Source of the DNA: a virus
Taxonomy: Duplodnaviria > Caudoviricetes
Direction: 5' to 3' (one strand)
Virus record (IMG/VR): IMGVR_UViG_3300037510_000344
Coordinates: 1 to 41,448 of that record
Length of the DNA: 41,448 nt
Shown: positions 35,389 through 41,448 of the stretch, one piece after another
How the letters are laid out: each line of letters starts with the position of its first letter
How positions within the stretch are numbered: position 1 is the stretch's first letter
The notes under the pieces: generated by a model
Told to the model about the DNA's origin: nothing
Databases searched by the model: none
The model's input: the letters and a program-made list of their open reading frames with translations, nothing else
Made by a program: the position numbers and the translations under genes

Positions 35389-35480
35389 TGCATCCGGCAG
35401 GGATCGAACCTGCATGGGCTCCGGTAGAAACGGAGTGCCTGTTTAGGAAACAAGTGCCTGATCCATTCGGCCACGGATGC
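35389..35480 (-). tRNA. tRNA-Arg body with two tandem anticodon arms (CCT and TCT)
   Basis: GCATCCG/CGGATGC acceptor, D loop with GGA, CTTGT-TTCCTAA-ACAGG, CTCCG-TTTCTAC-CGGAG, GCAGG-TTCGATC-CCTGC, A73; CCA not encoded. Confidence 0.85.
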
Positions 35481-35585
35481 GAAAACTCGGGACGGCCAGA
35501 TATTGGACTTTTGATCCACCGACCTTTCGGCATCCCGCTGCCGTGAGCTGAACTTACCGCACGTCTGCGGCAGGAGGGCTCAAAG

Positions 35586-35685
35586 TGGGAGGAGTCAAGG
35601 AATCGAACCTTGGCCTGTCTTTTTTGATGCCTACTCCGGGTTTTCCCGTCTCGGACTTACGGTGCTACCATTACACCAACTCCTC
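35586..35685 (-). ncRNA. tRNA-like RNA with the anticodon arm replaced by a ~48-nt insert
   Basis: GAGGAGT/ACTCCTC acceptor followed by CCA, D arm GTGT-AATGGTA-GCAC, T arm CAAGG-TTCGATT-CCTTG. Confidence 0.75.
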
Positions 35686-35695
35686 ATAAAACTCG

Positions 35696-35795
35696 TTGCT
35701 CGGGCCGCGCTGTGGCGGCTAGAGAGTCGCAGCGTATATTCACGCCAGCGGTGCTTCAGGCAAAGCCTTGTACGTCATACCGTACTGCCGAGCAA
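35696..35795 (-). ncRNA. Degenerate tRNA-shaped RNA
   Basis: TTGCTCGG/CCGAGCAA closing stem, D-like GTAC-GGTATGAC-GTAC, T-like GCCGC/GCGGC abutting the 3' strand. Confidence 0.45.
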
Positions 35796-35803
35796 ATCGA
35801 AGG

Positions 35804-35888
35804 GCGAAGCTTGTGCGACAGGACTTCCACCTGCAACTACCCGGAGTCCCGGGCCGTCTTTTGATCGTTGGCGTACGCACAAGCTCGC
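35804..35888 (-). ncRNA. tRNA-like RNA with extended acceptor stem and 4-nt anticodon loop
   Basis: AGCTTGTGCG/CGCACAAGCT, CCCGG-GACT-CCGGG, T arm GCAGG-TGGAAGT-CCTGT. Confidence 0.6.
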
Positions 35889-35904
35889 TTCCTTTCGGAA
35901 AGGG

Positions 35905-36018
35905 CGGCTTTGGCGGGATTTTCACCCGCGAATGGCGTTGACGGAACGCCCGTTTTGTCTCGGTGGTGCGCTTGCTAGGTGGTCATCCAAAGCACCGCTG
36001 CCTACAAACTACAAAGCC
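35905..36018 (-). ncRNA. tRNA-like RNA with ~50-nt D-loop insertion
   Basis: GGCTTTG/CAAAGCC acceptor, TA, D stem GTTT/AAAC, GGCGT-TCCGTCA-ACGCC, T arm GCGGG-TGAAAAT-CCCGC. Confidence 0.65.
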
Positions 36019-36022
36019 GTTT

Positions 36023-36194
36023 AATCTGTGAAAGAACTGCCGGTCTCTCCCGGCTGTCACGACTTCAGGAGTTTCCTCCATTTAGAGCCATGGGTGACGT
36101 GTCGTTCACCTTATTTCCATTTTACGGGGCGTGATCTCAAGCAGCCCCAAGCCCGATATTCACCAGCGCAGGCATCCGCTGGAATCTGTGAAAG
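36023..36194 (-). ncRNA. Multi-hairpin element bracketed by a 12-bp direct repeat (CTTTCACAGATT)
   Basis: Repeats at 36023-36034 and 36183-36194; five hairpins between them, the last GCCGG-GAGAGA-CCGGC. Confidence 0.5.
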
Positions 36195-36195
36195 T

Positions 36196-36363
36196 CTACG
36201 CCTCAATCCCGATCTCTCCAATCGGCACGATTCGCCGACCGCAGAGTTTGCCGGCGTCGATGGCTTGATTGTAGTCGGTGATGGACGGAAGCAGTCCTTG
36301 GTGGATCAAGCCACGGGCAGCTTCGAGCAGCATCAAATCGGTGGAGGTAAGTCGGCGTTTCAT
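36196..36363 (-). CDS. Small hypothetical protein
   Basis: ATG 36363 overlapping the upstream stop. Confidence 0.45.
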   Translation of the reverse strand: MKRRLTSTDLMLLEAARGLIHQGLLPSITDYNQAIDAGKLCGRRIVPIGEIGIEA

Positions 36364-36992
36364 TCGGTTTTTACGGTTTGAGTGTGAACGGAAAGGATTT
36401 CGAAGGCCTCCAGCGGCGTCTTCACCGCGTCGATCAGGTCTTTGATGACCACAACCATTGGATGCGTCCACTTCGCTTCACGGGCCGAAGCTTTGAACGA
36501 CTTCCAGAGCAGGCTGATTTTCTCGGCGTCGTCGTCGGCAACGATCGATTCAGGATGCGGCAGATTGCATGGAACCCGGTCGATTCTAGCGCCCGCGGCT
36601 GCGATGATCAGCTTTGCCCGGATGGCACCATCGAAGCCTTCGGCCAGAACGTAAGAATCCGTTGAGATCGCAAAGTCAACCGGCGGTGGTTGCGGGACGA
36701 TTTCTTCAGCCAGCGGCAATTCCGGCTGATCAGGGTCCGCAATCGTGTCCTCGACCGAATCGCTGTGCTTCTTTGAAAAGCTCAGCGTGGTTTTGATGCG
36801 ACGATCCTTGTCCGCGTGATTGCCAGATTCGGCGTCTCGGAGCGTGATCTTGAATGAGGCGTGGAGATTGATTTCTCCTTCTTCAGCAATGATCGCTGAA
36901 ACCTCGGGCCAATTGCGGCCCAGAAGGGTGGAGAATTGGACGCCGCCTTTTTCGGCAATGTCTTTGGCGAGTTCGGTCGTGATTTCACTCAT
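36360..36992 (-). CDS. Hypothetical protein
   Basis: ATG 36992; DPDQPELPL linker typical of phage early proteins. Confidence 0.65.
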   Translation of the reverse strand: MSEITTELAKDIAEKGGVQFSTLLGRNWPEVSAIIAEEGEINLHASFKITLRDAESGNHADKDRRIKTTLSFSKKHSDSVEDTIADPDQPELPLAEEIVPQPPPVDFAISTDSYVLAEGFDGAIRAKLIIAAAGARIDRVPCNLPHPESIVADDDAEKISLLWKSFKASAREAKWTHPMVVVIKDLIDAVKTPLEAFEILSVHTQTVKTE

Positions 36993-37179
36993 TGGTTGGT
37001 GCGTTTTTGGTGATTGGTTTCCCCTCGTAAGCATCGAGACCGATGCCGATGAGGTGCGCAATGGTTTGCTGCTGAGAAAGAATGGTTCGGCCCTGAATCT
37101 TGCCTTGCTCGATCTGAACCCGAACGATGCGATCCGTGAGCCTCTTCGGGACTCGGATGTGGATGGAATGCTCCGTCAT
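36985..37179 (-). CDS. Ribbon-helix-helix-like DNA-binding protein
   Basis: SIHIRVPKRLTDRI...SQQQTIAHLIGIGL fits an Arc/CopG-type strand-helix-helix. Confidence 0.5.
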   Translation of the reverse strand: MTEHSIHIRVPKRLTDRIVRVQIEQGKIQGRTILSQQQTIAHLIGIGLDAYEGKPITKNAPTNE

Positions 37180-37484
37180 TTGATCAGAGGACAATCGGTT
37201 TTGTGATCCATGCCATCGGGCATCCCGCAGAGTCGGCAAATCGACCGAAGAAGCGCCGGCTCGCCCTGGATCTCCATCACGGTTGAGAACCGCGGCATGT
37301 CGTGACGTGCAAAGGGATGGCGGTCCAGTTCGGCTAGAAGCTCTTCGTTGCTCGAGATGAGCGTATTTATCTGGGTTTCCTGGGCCTTGATCTTTGCGCC
37401 GAGTCGTCGGTTCGATTCAAGGACAGCATCGAATCCTTCCTTGATCGATTCCAGAAGATGCATCGTTTCCTCGTGAGCATTCAT
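37176..37484 (-). CDS. Coiled-coil protein with C-terminal CxxC...HxxxC
   Basis: ATG 37484; CRLCG...HKTDC. Confidence 0.6.
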   Translation of the reverse strand: MNAHEETMHLLESIKEGFDAVLESNRRLGAKIKAQETQINTLISSNEELLAELDRHPFARHDMPRFSTVMEIQGEPALLRSICRLCGMPDGMDHKTDCPLIK

Positions 37485-37693
37485 TGCGCGGAACGGTATC
37501 CCTGCTGTTTCAGGTGGGCTTGGATATCCGATCGAGCAATGATGCAATAGGCATTTAGCTCGATCAAATCCGTAGATTGAGTCGGCAGCGCTGCGTTTTC
37601 TCGCATGATTTCCGCCAGCTTGAGAATCGATTCCCGCAGGCACCGATATTCGATGCCCGTCCTCACGTCCTCGATGGTTTCTGTTTCGTTCAT
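37481..37693 (-). CDS. Hypothetical protein
   Basis: Coupled in operon. Confidence 0.55.
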   Translation of the reverse strand: MNETETIEDVRTGIEYRCLRESILKLAEIMRENAALPTQSTDLIELNAYCIIARSDIQAHLKQQGYRSAQ

Positions 37694-37703
37694 GGATCAA
37701 CCT

Positions 37704-38006
37704 TTAGCGGTTCGACTCATTTGCGGCAATGAGTTTTCCGGACTCCGTAGCTTTACACGTAGAAAACACCGTTTTATCAAGGGTTTTCGATCCGTAGACC
37801 AGACTCAAATCAGGCTCCGAAACCCAGAGAATCGATTCCCCTCGCTGCATATCTTCGAGCGCCGCAATCAAGGCCTGCGTCTCCAGAACGCGACCACGGA
37901 TGTCTTCGGAGCTGACCGTTTTTGGGAAATCCAGGACAAGTGCTTCCTCGTACGCGGTGCAGCGTTTGAGCAGGAGCGTGCGCAGGAGATCGAGGGACAG
38001 ATTCAT
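37704..38006 (-). CDS. Hypothetical protein
   Basis: In-operon ORF. Confidence 0.55.
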   Translation of the reverse strand: MNLSLDLLRTLLLKRCTAYEEALVLDFPKTVSSEDIRGRVLETQALIAALEDMQRGESILWVSEPDLSLVYGSKTLDKTVFSTCKATESGKLIAANESNR

Positions 38007-38085
38007 CGCATCAAATCCTTCCAGAGCATGCGACCCAATATGATCCGCATCATCCTAATGATTGCGGTAAATCCATCATCGTTTT

Positions 38086-38277
38086 TCATGGCACTTTTGT
38101 TTCGTTGGAAGTTTTCAATTCTGATCGTTCGATGTTCTTTCGAAACTGCTGCATCATCTCGATGAGCTGGTCCATGTCTTGAACGGAAGGAGAACCGGCG
38201 CTCGGGCTGTAAAATGAGAGGTAAACGTTGAAATGTCCGATCGGGAAAGACCAAGTGATGGTTGTCGGTTGGTTCAT
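38086..38277 (-). CDS. Hypothetical protein
   Basis: ATGA-coupled. Confidence 0.5.
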   Translation of the reverse strand: MNQPTTITWSFPIGHFNVYLSFYSPSAGSPSVQDMDQLIEMMQQFRKNIERSELKTSNETKVP

Positions 38278-38492
38278 TTATCTCGATAGAATGAGAGTTT
38301 CATTTTGGGAATCCTCCCCTGAAGTTCTCGACTGAAGATTGACCTGAAACCGGCTTTCATTTTTCTGAGTCTACTCGAATACCGACCCGCCGCCGCCAAC
38401 CGAGGGTTATATTGCCAATTTAACGAGCAAAGAAATTGACCGTCAAAAGGATCGGTGAACACAGCTTCGATTCGAGAAGGTCTATATTTCAT
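38274..38492 (-). CDS. Hypothetical basic protein
   Basis: ATG 38492 overlapping the upstream stop. Confidence 0.5.
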   Translation of the reverse strand: MKYRPSRIEAVFTDPFDGQFLCSLNWQYNPRLAAAGRYSSRLRKMKAGFRSIFSRELQGRIPKMKLSFYRDK

Positions 38493-38773
38493 GGCGCTGT
38501 AGCAAAGTACCGCGCCGCAGCCAGCATCCGCATTTCGCGACGAATGTTGTCGAGCTGCCGACGCTGAATCCATGTGTTACTCCCGACGTATCGAAGGTTG
38601 CGGTACCGTTCTCGCTGGATCTGCCAGAGGTTTCGCATCGCGGATCGGCTGAGAGGGGGCGGAGGATCTAAGCGCACCCGCATTGACACGAATTTGATGC
38701 CGCCGCATCCATTTTCGTCAACGGTGTCGTCGAGCTGGGCAAACTGTCTGAGACTGAAAGGCAGTTTATTCAT
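38489..38773 (-). CDS. Hypothetical protein
   Basis: ATG 38773 overlapping the end of the upstream gene. Confidence 0.5.
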   Translation of the reverse strand: MNKLPFSLRQFAQLDDTVDENGCGGIKFVSMRVRLDPPPPLSRSAMRNLWQIQRERYRNLRYVGSNTWIQRRQLDNIRREMRMLAAARYFATAP

Positions 38774-39164
38774 CCTCTTTAAGCTGAAGAGTCCCATCAG
38801 CTTTCAGCCCCATGATTTTCTGCCCGCAGCAGCCATAACTTGCGTACCAAATCGGGGTGCTGCGCCCCATCTGGAAATCACCGCCCTTGTAACCTTCGAA
38901 GATTTCTCCCATGCACGGGCGCACAATCGCCAAAGCTTCCGCAGCCGTGAATTGCTGGCCATCCACAAGCTCAAAGGCCAAATCGGAGTAATAACCGCGG
39001 TAGCTGTGTGGTTCGTGGAACTTGTGGACCAGAGTTTCAGGCTCCAGAGAAGACAGATGATCAATCAGCTTCCCGAGCGTCATTTGGGATTCGGATCGCT
39101 CTTTCTGCCATTGCGCTGACATTCCGTTAATCAGGGCCTGCATTGGGTGAATGGATTCGTTCAT
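38766..39164 (-). CDS. Conserved phage hypothetical protein
   Basis: PHSYRGYYSDLAFE...YKGGDFQM..TPIW..YG motif. Confidence 0.7.
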   Translation of the reverse strand: MNESIHPMQALINGMSAQWQKERSESQMTLGKLIDHLSSLEPETLVHKFHEPHSYRGYYSDLAFELVDGQQFTAAEALAIVRPCMGEIFEGYKGGDFQMGRSTPIWYASYGCCGQKIMGLKADGTLQLKEDE

Positions 39165-39226
39165 GCCCGCATCCTCTCATCCCGACGAATCGCTTCAAGG
39201 CCGGCGATGGTTTCACCGTAAACGTG

Positions 39227-39571
39227 TCAGCGGAAAGGCCAGAGTGGATGAAACGATGACGAGGAGTTCGAAAGTTTCACTGGATCTGGCTGACGAGGAG
39301 CAAAATCTCCCCTGTATTGCAGGTGATTTTCTTCATCCCACCAAATTAAAAATCTGAGGTCATCAGCAGCGACGGAAGCGGTGTTATATCCGAGAAACGC
39401 TAGATCTTCGATAATTTTGTTCGATGGGGACTTTCTCAGAAGCAAAGATCCGCATCCGTTTTTAATCGCCAACTGAATCAGGCGCGCTATTTCTTCGCGC
39501 TCACGATCCGTCGCTATAGGTGATGACAAGGCTTTGGCTTCTTCTGCGGTTGGGATCTTCACGGCTTCCAT
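39227..39571 (-). CDS. Hypothetical protein
   Basis: IPTAEEAK...LGY...IWW; similar layout to 39559-39807. Confidence 0.55.
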   Translation of the reverse strand: MEAVKIPTAEEAKALSSPIATDREREEIARLIQLAIKNGCGSLLLRKSPSNKIIEDLAFLGYNTASVAADDLRFLIWWDEENHLQYRGDFAPRQPDPVKLSNSSSSFHPLWPFR

Positions 39572-39807
39572 GAGATAGAAAAAGTGGGCTCCTTAGCTCC
39601 AAATCGAGTTGGCAACAGGATATCGTATCCGGCTTGAACCAGTAGAGCTTTTGCTTCCGACGAAATGTCCGTCACGGCGATTTCAAATTGACCTTTTTCA
39701 GCGGCTTCTTCGATCGACGTTTTCAGCGATGAAAGCTCGGCTTCGAGGCGGGATCTTTCAACGGCCAAGGCTTTTTCGGCTACGTCTTTTGCGTTCGGGA
39801 TGTTCAT
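39559..39807 (-). CDS. Hypothetical protein
   Basis: IPNAKDVA...AGY...ISW. Confidence 0.6.
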   Translation of the reverse strand: MNIPNAKDVAEKALAVERSRLEAELSSLKTSIEEAAEKGQFEIAVTDISSEAKALLVQAGYDILLPTRFGAKEPTFSISWKP

Positions 39808-39823
39808 TGGGTTAAACTGGATT

Positions 39824-40402
39824 TTAGGGCTTTCTATTGATGTATTTCACTCCGCTTTTCTCTCGGATTCGGTGCCAACAACAGCCGATGAAATATTGAA
39901 ATTTTACTGCGGCTTCTTCTTTTCTGGCTGTCGCGTGGATGCATTCGATGATTTCCGTCAGCGGTAGTCTCTTCACGAAGTAGAGGATTTTGGGACGTAC
40001 ATTGCCCGCCATGGGGCCAAATGTTTCGGCCCATTCCTTCAAGACGATTTCGACAGCTTCTTGACCTTGGTTCTCGATCGATCTTCTAATTCCCCGAAAC
40101 TTCTCAACGTCCGCGGCGATCCTTTTTGAGACTTCTTCTTCGTCGTAAAGCATTTGGCCTTTCCCCAAATTGCATGATCTACACGCCGCAACCAAATTTG
40201 TGAGATCGTCGCTCCCTCCTTCGCTTTTGGGCTTGAGATGGTCGACCTGAAGTTGTGCATCTGGACTTTTGTCTCCGCAATAGCGGCAGGCAAATCCAGC
40301 GATCGAAAGAACTTCAAATCTGGTAGTCAGAGAAAGACCTTCCCTTTTCCACTTCGGCCCCTTCTTTTTTTGATTCACCTTATCGGGCGTTGCGGATTTC
40401 AT
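39824..40402 (-). CDS. HNH endonuclease
   Basis: RFEVL..FACRYCG...VDHLKPKSEGGSDDLTNLVAACRSCNLGK. Confidence 0.85.
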   Translation of the reverse strand: MKSATPDKVNQKKKGPKWKREGLSLTTRFEVLSIAGFACRYCGDKSPDAQLQVDHLKPKSEGGSDDLTNLVAACRSCNLGKGQMLYDEEEVSKRIAADVEKFRGIRRSIENQGQEAVEIVLKEWAETFGPMAGNVRPKILYFVKRLPLTEIIECIHATARKEEAAVKFQYFIGCCWHRIREKSGVKYINRKP

Positions 40403-40820
40403 CGACTGTTGGTTCGGAGATTTGATTTTCAATTACAGCGCCGTTCACTCGTTCTGCTGGGTCGTGAATGTGAATTCCAGCCGCTGCCGCTCTTTTGCGC
40501 GCCGCTGCCCTTCCACCAGAAGAAGCCAGAATCCGGTTCTTGCGGGCCTTGTCTTCGTGCCGCTGCGGATAAAAGGCCACCTTGATTGAATCTCCTTCGA
40601 ACCACCAAAGGTCACAGTCGGTCATGGCTTCTTTGCGTGTGACGCCGGCTATTTGTTGCCACTTGCGATCCGACCACTCTCGACAATCCTCGATTATCCC
40701 ATGGTTTTCTTGCCCGATCGCGAAACGAAGCAAGCAAAGCCAAGTAGCGCGTTGAATTGGGTCGGCACCCTTAAACTCCGGCCCATCTAAGGCGGAGATG
40801 TGAATGTTGAGCCATTCCAT
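40380..40820 (-). CDS. Replication initiator N-terminal-like protein (YdaU/DUF1376-like)
   Basis: MEWLNIH...RATWLCLL...then basic ARKNRILASSGGRAAA, the usual initiator N-domain layout. Confidence 0.45.
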   Translation of the reverse strand: MEWLNIHISALDGPEFKGADPIQRATWLCLLRFAIGQENHGIIEDCREWSDRKWQQIAGVTRKEAMTDCDLWWFEGDSIKVAFYPQRHEDKARKNRILASSGGRAAARKRAAAAGIHIHDPAERVNGAVIENQISEPTVDEIRNAR

Positions 40821-40830
40821 GGTTGGGGGC

Positions 40831-41031
40831 TCAAGAAATGCGCCAAACTCTAATCTGATCATCAGTCTTGCGCTGCACCATCACCCACCCCTGCTTGCGA
40901 CCGTATTCGCGTACGCATCGAGCTTCACCCGCTGAGGTCAAAATGCTTTGGTTGGGAAGAAGAAGTCGAGCGGCGTCTGGCAGCGCGTGAATGCGTTTTC
41001 TGGGTGCAGGAGGGAGTGGAGTGTCGTGCAT
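40831..41031 (-). CDS. Small basic protein, first gene of the early operon (leaderless)
   Basis: ATG 41031 is 36 nt after TTGACG (41067); ends IRVWRIS. Confidence 0.55.
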   Translation of the reverse strand: MHDTPLPPAPRKRIHALPDAARLLLPNQSILTSAGEARCVREYGRKQGWVMVQRKTDDQIRVWRIS

Positions 41032-41128
41032 ATAGTCCATGATGTGTGCGTCGCGTGCATACGTCAAGTGCATTTGTGCATTCACTACCGTTCGCTAGTA
41101 CCGTTCGCTACTCATCTGGGAAGTGCAT
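41026..41128 (-). promoter_or_regulatory. Early leftward promoter with five GTGCAT copies and a tandem 12-mer
   Basis: TTGACG-N17-CATCAT; GTGCAT at 41026, 41055, 41068, 41076, 41123; TACCGTTCGCTA at 41086 and 41099. Confidence 0.55.
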
Positions 41129-41406
41129 AATCAAATCAAAGGGTTTGCTACGCCTTTCGTGACAGCATCGAACCATCAAAATCCATGACTATCGGTACGA
41201 AGCTGTGCTTCGGACCTAAGCCCAAGCGGCTATGAGCGCCGTCGCTGTCACGGGAAGGGCTGAAGCGCGGGCAACGGTGGTGAAAGCGGTGCTGTCACAA
41301 TCACGCGAGGATCGAATACTCATCGACTGGTTTACGGTGATACCATCAGAACTGATAATTCTCATCCATAACTGAGAATCCGCGATTCTGATACTCGCAT
41401 TTTTGA

Positions 41407-41413
41407 GGGTCCT
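41407..41413 (+). other. cosQ-like site GGGTCCT
   Basis: Matches the lambda cosQ heptamer; 21 nt before the terminal repeat. Confidence 0.65.
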
Positions 41414-41434
41414 TCCCATGTTTGAGAAATTGGG

Positions 41435-41448
41435 AACAGGGTCACGGT
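41435..41448. repeat. Right copy of 14-bp terminal repeat (probable cohesive end)
   Basis: Identical to positions 1-14. Confidence 0.9.

Noticed and set aside
35371-35415. Longer RecT start at 35415
   Set aside because: Runs through the tRNA-Arg T arm and acceptor stem; ATG 35370 preferred
35481-35580. Self-cleaving ribozyme between tRNA-like units
   Set aside because: Structured (CTGCCG/CGGCAG, CGGGATG/CGTCCCG) but I could not find hammerhead, twister or HDV-like cores by eye; needs a covariance search
1-41448. CRISPR array, IS element or stop-codon recoding
   Set aside because: No regularly spaced repeats or transposase; genes are intact in the standard code and no suppressor anticodon was found

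Overview
The window looks like a complete ~41.4 kb tailed-phage genome with lambda-like cos packaging. It has a 14-bp terminal repeat preceded by a cosQ-like GGGTCCT. The + strand carries a small accessory cluster (initiator-type tRNA-Met, ASCH-like, Lar-like and Tad1-like genes), then TerS/TerL (gpA type), a gpW-like adaptor, a lambda-type portal, a fused prohead protease-major capsid gene, two glycosyltransferase-like genes and siphovirus tail genes with a -1 frameshifting chaperone. A leftward accessory operon headed by a ~550-nt structured non-coding region interrupts the tail module. After it come two further tail genes, a lone receiver-domain protein and the lysis genes (GH108 endolysin). 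The right third is a leftward early region (HNH, RecE/RecT, RusA, DnaB, many small ORFs). No integrase, CI-type repressor, DNA polymerase or primase was recognised. The most unusual element is an ~800-nt minus-strand array (35389-36194) of five tRNA-shaped RNAs, each with a remodelled arm. One is a tRNA-Arg body carrying two anticodon arms in tandem (CCU and UCU). A TCNCA-N4-TGNGA palindrome recurs at structural-gene promoters and next to the cos region, and many genes appear to be leaderless. All calls come from reading motifs by eye; no database searches or folding programs were run.
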